The notes beneath the pieces are model-generated. The model was given only the letters and a program-made list of their open reading frames with translations, had not been told where the DNA came from and searched no databases. 64,000 nucleotides of DNA from Catajapyx aquilonaris (taxonomy: Eukaryota): positions 1-64,000 of the forward strand of contig JYFJ02000590.1 in NCBI GenBank assembly GCA_000934665.2, given 5' to 3'. Within the stretch, counting starts at the first letter, position 1. Each line of letters starts with the position of its first letter. Below, piece after piece: positions 54,501-64,000 of this stretch. The position numbers and the translations under genes are program-made.

Positions 54501-56280
54501 GATTCACACACAATACTAATTCTCCAACCGAATCAATGGCCGCTTCCTACATATTCGCAAGAGAGAATCCCTTGCCTTGAGAAGAAGAGGAAATTCCCCC
54601 CTTTTTACCTTATTTATTTTTCGCTAACAAGAGAAACTCCAATTTCAACCTCGAGCCTTAAATTAGTTACGAGGCAAAGAGGATGGAACGGCAGTTTTAA
54701 ATAAAGCAGGAAGGAAAAGTAGGAAGGAGGAAAAAAGAAAATCATTTCCTGGCTGGCCTCAACTGTTGCACCAGACCAGATCGATGTAAAGTAATCTGGA
54801 GCTCTTAATAAGAGCTCGTGTAATGCAAATGGACGAGATGTTTTAATCTTGCGGTGGATTATGAGAACAGGTCTTGATGGTTTGCGAATTGGTCCGAGAG
54901 ATTGAACTAGTTTCGCTACGTTAAGAGATAACTGGAGGATGATAATTAGGTTCACATCGATCATCGGGCATACTTTGTCTTTCAAGGCTCAAGGCTTCGT
55001 TAAGAAAGAGAAAGGAGCCCCCCCTCCCCCTCTTTCTTTGTTGCCGGGCTCATTGGTCTATTAATATTCTCCAGACATCGTGTTGATTAACCTCTGATTA
55101 ACCCTCTCGGCATGCTATGGCTTGTATCGGTTTAATCAGACCTCGACTCGTGAGAATTTCCATTCGAGATCTTGCAAGGTTTTGTGCCTGTTGATATTCT
55201 AAAGACGCAATTTTTAGTTTCCTATGCCCATTTTCCATTTACTGCAAAACAACATGCTATGTTGCAACTGCATAATAAATCCGGAATTTGCATCACTGTA
55301 AACAAACATTGTAGCACATTAAAAACTTCTGGCTGCTCTGTAGTACTGTACTACAGTATATTATTCTCACATAATATTGTAGAGTATGCAAATTAATTTA
55401 TTAGCAATCCCTGCATTCACTATGAGACTTTTTAGTAAAACTTACTCTCTGCTCTGCACGCGTAACTATAATGGTAAAAAATAGGCACTCACGCAAATCA
55501 AAATTGAAACTTGTTACCAGCAACTAAAAAGAAGCAATCTAATTTTCCCTCTCCAAGTGTAAGTTTTACCCACATTTGATAATTAAACCATAGCACTAAA
55601 ACTAGTTTCTCCCATCGAAAGTGGACACGCATTGTCCAAAGCTTGCCTTGTGGCTGACATGCTGACATTTAGTGTGATCATAATGGCGCAATTATGTGGG
55701 ATAAGCTTGAAGGCACGCTAAAAGCTCCTCCATGTCTAGGCCACAGCATGAGCGCAGCTTTGTTTACAATTCTCAGCGTTTTTAACCTTCTTCCTCCGCA
55801 TTGTGTCTGCTTCCGAGTGAACAGCATCCCACGCCATATAGCCCAGCCAACCAGGTGTATATATGCATGGCAGGGTTCTCTCTCAACCCAGAATTGAATG
55901 CTTCTATCCTCCTGGCAGCTGACTGGCTCTGATATATAAAAAGGGCCTTCTAATCGCGCTAACGTCACTAATGAGGCCTACGAGCATTATGAAAAACGAT
56001 CCCCAACCCTCTCTCTCGTCAGTTTGACACGAAAGATGTTACTCCAAACGACAACAAAAGCGCTTTCGGCCCGATCGGAGTCGAGCGAGCAAGCGAAATG
56101 AAGGGTTATTTGCGATGTGCATCACCACGTGAAAACCCTCCGGCCACACATACTCCCTGACGCTATATACCCTGAAACCCAATCCAATAATCCTACCAGT
56201 TACGAATTACCTCCAAAAAGTATCCTTGAAAACAGGTATTTTGGTCAGAACAACAATATTACTTCCCTGATATGGCTTTT

Positions 56281-56327
56281 CATAGGGAACAGACAGACAG
56301 ATATACGTCGAGAAATATGTATTAGAT
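56281..56327 (-). mobile_element. Possible 5' end of a degenerate non-autonomous Helitron-like element
   Basis: Minus strand reads A|TCTAATACATATTTCTCGACGTATATCTGTCTGTCTGTTCCCTATG: a TC start after A, an AT-rich head, then a short (CTGT)n tract, like arthropod Lep1-type Helitrons. The 3' CTAG/hairpin end was not identified. Confidence 0.3.
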
Positions 56328-57465
56328 GCCTAATCCCATTAATCTCTCTGTTCATAAGTTTGTCCTGCCATATAAACAAGTTCACTCATCGCCTAGGTAG
56401 TAGTTACCATAGTTTTAACTTTCCCTGTTCAACAATTTATTTGAGAACATCTAGCGGTCAGGGAGGGTGGGACCCACTGAAATGGTGCTGGTTATGGCAC
56501 CCTGGTGGGATTTGTCCTCTGGGTGACTCATCACCAACGTGTATGTATTACTACTTTGAGTACTTTCCCCCTGATAGTGGCAGCAGTGTGCAGAGAAGGA
56601 GGATGCGCCATCTACGCGAGAGATATGGTACTTCTGAGGGCACTGACAGGAACTTTTTTTAAAGAAATCCGGATAAGTAGGGCTATTCCTACCCTAATCC
56701 GCATCAGGTCAGTGCTTCTGGAAAATTTTAAGGATGCCCTGGCCCTATTGCCGTAACTCTTGGAGAGCAGGAGCCCGGCGTCACTTGCAACCCAAGGCTT
56801 GTCTCCCAGGACGATGAAGACGAGGGAGATTTATCTGCGCTCGTTTCCACCGCCATAACCAACACTGCTGCCTTCACAATGAAGGCTTCTCGCCTGATCA
56901 TTTGCAGGAGCTGCCGGTTGCAATGCGCCGGAGCCAGCATCCACTTCCGATCTATCTCCACGCCGATACCGCTTCTCTCCAGCAGCAAAGGGCACTAAAA
57001 ATATATCTGGACCCTTCTCTAGGTAACCGTTACAAGTTATCTTTACGGACGAGCCAACAGAGCCGACAGAGATACGTTCAGACGACGCCAAAAAAAGAGA
57101 AGGGACGTTCACATTCTCGGCGAAAAGAGATCAAAAGATATGCGACTGTAAAGAAAAATATATTTTTTCAAGGCTTTGATGGTGCTGAACTAAACCACAT
57201 CCATTTGAAATATGTTAACCCTGCTGTGCACAAGCAGGCCACGATGTACGTACGGTTGTAAGGATAAACCGATCGCGTTCCATTTAATACCAGGTCTGTT
57301 TGCACCCGGTAACCGCCTTGTGTAACCGACGTAACCAGTGTAAACTGGCTCTTCCGCTTGGCGGCCAAGCACTGGTGTATTGACCACCAGACCTCGTCGC
57401 CCTCTCTATGCTCACATGAGATATTAAGAATCCATAAAATGACATTTTATTTTCTTTCTCCGCAG

Positions 57466-57673
57466 GTTGCGTGGGTGAGAGTGGACACTCAGACCATCCT
57501 TACGATACATCATAACGTCATCACCCGGAACCAGCGTATAACCTTAGCACACAACGACCACAGGTCGTGGTATCTTCAGATCAAGAACGTGCACGAAATT
57601 GACCGCGGGTGGTACATGTGTCAAATCAACACCGACCCAATGAGAAGCGTCATGGGATACCTCGAAGTTGTCG
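57466..57673 (+). CDS. DIP-delta: Coding exon, remainder of Ig domain 1
   Basis: Acceptor ttttctttctccgcAG, donor G|GTAAGA, 208 nt, phase 0 to 1. Translates VAWVRVDTQTILTIHHNVITRNQRITLAHNDHRSWYLQIKNVHEIDRGWYMCQINTDPMRSVMGYLEVV, with the Ig Trp, the D-x-G-x-Y-x-C motif and the DIP signatures DTQTIL and NTDPM. The HHNVI and NDHRSWYL segments match my recollection of the DIP-delta subfamily; the subfamily call needs a phylogeny. Confidence 0.96.
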
Positions 57674-58509
57674 GTAAGAACGAAACAACTTTTTTACTTA
57701 AAATCTGGAAAAAGGGTCGTCTTTTCAGTGCAACATTTTTCTAAGGGTTTTTATCAACTCACTTGCGCAGATATTTACTATTGACCCAACTTTTGAATGG
57801 AATATGAGTAATTCTGTACTAAAAGTTACGAATGTATAATTGTCCTCAACTTTAACGAAATGTACACAACATGGCGCAACTTACAATTTCCTGTTAAAGC
57901 ATTTTACCTACAATAGTATAGAGTTTCATGGTATCTGCATAAAAAAGCCTTGGAGCATGCATAAATTTTCTGTAGAGTTTCAAGTTTGGTTGCATGTTTA
58001 TATCTGCATGACCTACATTTTTCCTCCGCATTCATTGCACTTTATAAAATGTAATATGGTGTTCCAGAAAGGCAAATTATGCAGTACTAGTCTTATCGTC
58101 CATTTTTTCTTTTTGCGCCGAAGACGGGGGAAAAGTTAATTTATTTGACAAATAATTCCCCGTTTTATTATTCTAAACTGAGACACTGGGCTCGGTCCAG
58201 GGATATTGCTGGCGCAATAAAAAACGGGAGGCAAGTTTTCGTTAAACGATAACAAAGGTCATAAAGTACAGAAAAGTCCTGACGAAGGCACGGGGCCTAG
58301 CAATGGCGATATTGCAAACATTCTTCCTCGGGAAGTAAAACTCGAGACAACGATACAGTTAGCAAAGCCCAATTTCATCTGTGAAGCGAAAAAGACTCGC
58401 CTGCTCTACAAACTAAGACCCGCGAGACATTTTTATGATTTCAGATCTGTCAATCTTTCAATTATTGGAGACAACACCATACAATTTATTATGATTATCC
58501 TCTTTCCAG

Positions 58510-58665
58510 TTCCTCCAAACATTGTTGACAAAGAAACGAGTGCTGACATGGTGGTGAAAGAAGGTGCCAACGTGACCATGACGTGCAAAGCAACAGGACA
58601 TCCCGAGCCCTACGTCATGTGGCGACGAGAAGATAACGAAGAGATAAACTACAACGGAATCAACG
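58510..58665 (+). CDS. DIP-delta: Coding exon, first half of Ig domain 2
   Basis: Acceptor cctctttccAG, donor AACG|GTAATC, 156 nt, phase 1 to 1. Translates (V)PPNIVDKETSADMVVKEGANVTMTCKATGHPEPYVMWRREDNEEINYNGIN, with the Ig Cys, Trp and the PEPYVMWRRED motif. The gene continues beyond the window. Confidence 0.95.
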
Positions 58666-61600
58666 GTAATCTAATTTTAACACCCCTCCCAAAAATCTGT
58701 TCCGTCCAATCTGATTTTCCACCCCTACTGAAATGACACTGAATAAGTAGGTATTAACAATTTATGCCGCCGCGAAGAATTGCCCCGTCCGCCTTTTTGC
58801 TTCTTCTCTCCTCCGGCAAAAGCTAGGCAGGGGGGAACGGGCCACTAAAGGCAACGGTAAGTTGCAAAGAACGGGGCTGTAATATCCAAAATGATCTTCC
58901 TGGGCGTGAAAGAGGCTCATCTGCAGTAAAAGCTCCAACCATTGCGTGCTTCCTAATCTCGGCCTCGGAGCAGAATGCTTGCAAGATGCTTCCACTTTTC
59001 CAAGCCTGCATCCCCCTACAGAATAGTTGCTCCAGTTTTATTTACTCTACTTTTTGTGTGTCATTTTTTTCATTTTTTTTATCTAGCAGACAGTCGTGGC
59101 TCCCAAACTCAGTAGGTGATAGACAGCTTGGGCCAAGTTTTGCGGAAAACTCGAATTAACCGGCCTAACCAAATAATGCTTGGCGATGGATATAAAGTTT
59201 TTACTTCTGACCGCCTCCGGGAACAGTGTTACCACAAATTTGATGTCTTGTGGGGGTTTTCCCCCTCCTCTTCCTCCCCATCCCAGTTCTTCCTGTGTGC
59301 CCCTCCCCTTCCCAACACGGAGCGCCCGCAGCTCCGTTCTAGTTGATCAACCTTCCCAAACTGAATTATCGTCTTCCAATTGTTAGCTCCAAAAAAGAAA
59401 AGTTCAAAGCGGGAGACCCATTCCCCTTCTCCGGAATTTGATTTCCCCAAATTCAATTAGGACTCCAGGTGGAAGGGATTAAAAGGGAAAACCATGCCCT
59501 CTGGTCCATGACATGAGAGATATGGCGCATAATGAAGGGACAATTCCATGCTGAGCATGCAGGAAGCTTTTCTTTATTATAATGGCAGCAGCCAGCAGCC
59601 AGGAGGTAAGCAGCCTAACTGGGGCTCCCGAAATGCTATTAATCGTCAATGATAATGCTGGCTGACGTGGAGGGCCAAGTCTTTAATAATCCTTTTTGAG
59701 AATGGGACTTGCGTTCAAGACGCTCCCTTTTGTCTACTACCCAAATGCGTGCTCAGACCACTAGTGCGCTGGAATACAAAAGGGGCTTGCATCGCACGCG
59801 GATCAAAAGAAAAATGTCTCATACGTCATTCCTGGTAATTCCTCCTGAATAAATTGCTCGGGGGAGACCATATTGGGAGAAGCTTCTATGGAGACGACAA
59901 GTACTTTCCGTTCACCAGCAGTCGGCTACTATCGAGGTACAGTCGGACAAGGGTCAAGGAAAAAAAGGCAAAGACCAATCTTCTCATCATACAGGCTGCT
60001 GGTCATATTATGTGGAAGTTAAAGTGAATAATTGGCAGGTAACATGTCAGCCATGGTCATTATGGCGATGGAAGTGTCGGTCATGACGGCAATCCTTTGG
60101 TGAAATCGCCTTCAATGTCTGTTGTCAAATGTATGCGTCTGTTAATATTAAATGTATACTGCAAAGCATTAGGCCTACTGTAGGCGCTGAACTAATATAA
60201 TAGAGCGTTTGCCCAGAGGAAATGCCGAAAGAAGGAAGAAGCTGAATATAATATCTTATTCAAGTTTCATAGGTATTCAGCCAGAGGCATTGCTATACTA
60301 TACGCCATTAGTGCAGTATTATACGGAAAAATAATTGCCCTACATCCTTCAAATCACATTGATTGAATTATGCCCCATATTATATTTAACCTTTTCCCGT
60401 TGTCGGTACCGTTGTCGGCAAGAGGACAATTCCAAATGACAAAAATGAACAACTTGCAGATCATATTTTAATAATGCACTTCAGTGCACTGCTTCAAAGT
60501 GTCATATTTCGTACTGTATCCCATTCGCTTTGAATTACGTAACATTGTGAGAGTCTAATATGTAATCCATGATTGTTATTAAAAGTATGAGTTTCACAAT
60601 TCCGTTTTCATATAATAGTGCAGTACAACAACTGCAAGAGCCATTTCGCTGGAATCACGCGTTGCTATATCACATTCATTTCATAAGAACTGAGGCCGTG
60701 TAGATCAATTCACGTCAGGAACGTTTTATAACCTTTAAAATTATCTGCAGAGCGACACGTAAATGTAACAGAAGTCATAAATAGAGCAGACATCATCGCA
60801 ATAATAATTAATCCTGTCTTATGTTATGAATTTAATGAGACTTTTTTCATTTTGCACAAGAATAAATATTGCAGCACACCACACAAAGTCAGCGTAATTT
60901 ACATTCACTATTGCTTGTTATGAACAAGATTTACAAGCTAATCCTGCATGAGGAAAAGCGTGGCTCTGACGTACACCGACCCTTTGTATAAACTCACCAC
61001 CACGCCGGAAGATATATGAAGAAGATAAGTACAAACAGTCAGGTTGAAGTTCTGGTTTGAATCCAGAGGCCGGAAATCCGGACCATACTTTATTCATTTC
61101 CTTTTGTTTATACCTTCCGGCTCTGTCAGGGAGTCTTTTTAAAAGTAGGCCATAGACGCTTCCTTGCTATATCTCTTTGCCTCTTTCTTCCTCTGCCCTT
61201 TTCACATCCCTACAGCAACGCCATACAAATTAAGACAAAGGAATTACTACAAACCCATATATGGTCTGCTCTGACAATTACGCGTAACACTCCATACTCT
61301 TTGATTTCATTATTATTATTCTTCTTCTAGAAACTTTCCAACAGGATATGCTCTACAACACTACAATAATAACCAATTTTCTATGCGATTATAGCCTTCG
61401 AGCACCAAATAACACCACTACATAAGGTGTCTATAGGAGTTTATCCTAGAAGTTCGTAAGACGAAAAATATTGTAGTCTACTCTTCCACTCTAAAGTAAT
61501 GAGAGCAAATATTCACTTTGTAATATTAGTTGAAGAGGTTTCTTGCAGTTTTTCATAAGATTATTTACTATTTTTATTGCTGAGTTTTGATTATTCTGGA

Positions 61601-62074
61601 AAAAATAATTTCGTAGAGCAAGAGGAGTTGCTAGGAATTTTGATTCAAGCTCAGCGACACTGCGGGATCAACAAAATTTATCAAGAAAGCGTCAAACCTG
61701 TCAAGACACTTGGCTCATTAAAAGTGAAGTTGCCAAACTAAAATCCCACTTCAATTTGTTTTCTTATCACAATGTTTAGGCCCCAATAATCAGGAAAGAT
61801 TTGTCAGTTTTTCCTCAAAAAGTTATTACTTTCTAAACTGAAGTATAAAAATATTGGCAAATCACGTGAGCGTGATTATAGTAGACTTTTTCTCATGGCG
61901 GCCGAGGACGCGCATCGCAAACATGTTCCAACGTCAGGAATTAATTGCACAGCCCCTGTGCCAGAGGGCCAGGTAAAATCCGCGCTAATTCCGCGACACA
62001 CATGGCCAGGAATCCAGGGAAACTAATTTCGAAATCCAACGATAACCCGCCTGTAAAGTAGACTTGTACGGATA

Positions 62075-62260
62075 TTTAGGTCACGCTTAATCGGAATATG
62101 AAAACCGTTTGCCGCAATCTTTTGCGGTTTGGGCCCTGATACCTGTCCACAGACAGACAGACGGACGGACGGATAGACAGACAGAGACGTTCTATAATAC
62201 TTTTTTTCGATGATGAGAAAACGTCTAAAACTGTACCATATGGTTCCAGTGTATGACCTG
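62075..62260. mobile_element. DINE-1/HINE (Helentron-associated)-like remnant with an RGAC tetranucleotide microsatellite
   Basis: (AGAC/GGAC)n tract at about 62149-62188 (GTCY on the minus strand), flanked by short hairpins CCGCAA-TCTT-TTGCGG (62112-62127) and ACCATATGGT (62235-62244) and by AGGTCA / TGACCT inverted ends. Boundaries are approximate. Confidence 0.45.
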
Positions 62261-64000
62261 ATTTCAAGCCATTTTATAATTACTACGTACAGTACACATA
62301 CAGCGCAAAACATTCCATTAATTTGAGCATCCATTCGAGACTTACGTACTGCGCACAAAAATAGGCCTCCTCCATTAATTTCAGCCCCCCGGTATCCCAA
62401 AGTTCGTTTTTTTTTCGTCCCGTCCACTGAGCGAACGCTCTACTTGATCACATAAAACCTTAATTAGATGGCGGAGTCAGCTGTATTTTTTCGGCGCTTA
62501 ATCTTGTGCAGGTCAGAGTACACGGCTCATTATTGTAATGGATCACAGACCGGCTTAATACGTAAGGGGAAGTGGCAGGCATCGGAAGGCGGCTCAACAC
62601 AGGAAGGCACAAAAAAAGGGGGGAGGAAGAAGAAAAGGACAAGAAAGGCAGGTGCTGCCCAACAACCACCTTTCCCCCCTCCTTTTCTCCTGAGAAAATG
62701 TGGCAGGAAAATTTAAGATCCCTGTCTGGAGAGCCTCCTTTGCGATTCCGACTGGAGTGTGCCGCCTACAAACCAATTTATTTCCAACAGATCTCGAACG
62801 TGATTGTTCACCCATTTTTTTCTCTCGCCCCCACCAAAAAAAGGCCAGTAATTGTTAGGAGAAAGCCAGTGATTTGTACTCTGATACCGAATATCCAGGC
62901 CTTTGTGTCACTCATACGTTTCAGGCTTAGAAACAAAAAAAAATACAACAATGTCATGGGAGCAATTATCACTGAAACGGTCTCTTATGTGACATTACGC
63001 CCAGTATATGCACGCAGAAATTTCTGCATGTTATAACACAAGCTAGATGACATATGCCACAGGTCAACGTAGTCGACCCGAGCTCGGGACAAGTTTTATT
63101 TCCCGTTGTCGCTTCTCGGGACGGTTTCACGACTCCTGTGACCCCCAGACTCCGGCAGTTCAGTGAAGGTAGAGGACACCGAGCTAATGGCACGTCTCAT
63201 ATAATTAGTTCAGACCTTGCTCCCTCGGGTGGTAGATGACGGATGCGCCTTCCTACGCCATTTTCTTCCTCGGACTACTCGCTAAGCTGTACTCTCATCT
63301 GGCCCCCGTCTTTTCCTCCTGGGAAAAGGCGTATTGTCTGGAAGCTTGAAGGCCATTATTGGTCTTCGGGCAGGCCTTCTCGCTTAATTAGATTGTTGGA
63401 AGCGTAGCACCGTGTGCACATGCCAGACTTTGGACCCATCATACATGCAGTTTACTCAGGGGTGGTGTAAAGTCTCGAAATTATTTTTCGGGCGGTTTTT
63501 CACACTTTATCCACATGAAGCGCATGACTTGCGACACAGCACTATGTAATCAAACTTCGTAAAACCGGTGGTTAAATTTTTGAATCAACCCAGGCCACTT
63601 ATTTGATCACCACTAATATAACCCTAATTTGTGCCAATTTGGGGAATAAAAATAAATAAAACGGTGGCCCTCTCTCGATAACATTTTAAAAAATCCCTCG
63701 AGTTTCCAAAAAAAACGCAGTAGTAGCAGAAAAAGAGCAGGGTATGAATTAACAATCCGACCACATAAAGGCCTGCAATTTTAATATCGTTTGTAGCCGA
63801 ACGCGAAAGGCGACCTCCCTTGGATCCCAGTGTAATCATATTGGATTAGGGTCTGGTACGCCGCCCGGACTATGAGAGAGAGACGCCTCTTCCAACAATG
63901 TCCTTCAATACATCCAGTCCTATTATTCACCAACCTACTAGCACCAGTTTTAAACCCTTCCATTTAGAAAAAAAACCTAGCATGTGAAACTGGCAGAGTT

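Larger units (their letters stand above)
45711..57465 (+). other. Phase-0 intron (11,755 bp) splitting Ig1
   Basis: GT...AG boundaries; the flanking exons join as ...NLRGYK|VAWVRVD..., a continuous Ig1. Confidence 0.92.

Noticed and set aside
45711..57465. Dscam-like array of mutually exclusive Ig1 exons
   Set aside because: I looked for further W...D-x-G-x-Y-x-C exon copies in this intron and found none by eye or in the ORF track.
57358..57744. Full 128-aa ORF, and 58491-58736, as standalone genes
   Set aside because: Only the internal AG...GT-bounded parts are Ig-like; the flanking residues are intron read-through.
63457..63614. Possible hAT-like ends CAGGGGTGGTG ... GATCACCACTA
   Set aside because: Poor TIR match, and the flanking 8-mers (AGTTTACT versus ATATAACC) are not a TSD.
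1..64000. CRISPR arrays, operons, rRNA/tRNA genes, autonomous transposase or reverse-transcriptase ORFs, nested genes
   Set aside because: No regularly spaced repeats, no dense coding and no DDE/RT motifs were seen; the window is a spliceosomal-intron-rich animal locus. Small nested exons cannot be excluded without transcript data.

Overview
Eukaryotic, arthropod-type genomic DNA that is almost entirely intronic. All recognisable coding sequence belongs to one + strand gene for an Ig-domain neuronal adhesion protein of the Dpr-interacting protein (DIP)/lachesin-like family. From recall, the closest match is Drosophila DIP-delta. Four exons join in frame with canonical AG/GT sites: 5901-5966 (probable), 45607-45710, 57466-57673 and 58510-58665. 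They encode an N-terminal linker, a complete Ig1 and the first half of Ig2. The signal-peptide exon(s) lie upstream of the window and the rest of the gene lies downstream. The introns (39.6 kb, 11.8 kb, 0.8 kb, >5.3 kb) contain several non-autonomous DNA transposons: a 127-bp fold-back PIF/Harbinger-type MITE with a TAA TSD, a TA-flanked CAGGGTG MITE family, a ~975-bp TIR element with inner direct repeats, and Helitron/DINE-like remnants. They also contain microsatellites and a few candidate cryptic or cassette exons. Nearly all ORFs in the supplied track look spurious. I see no convincing new biological system; the best leads are possible alternative or recursive splicing of the DIP gene and the local MITE families.
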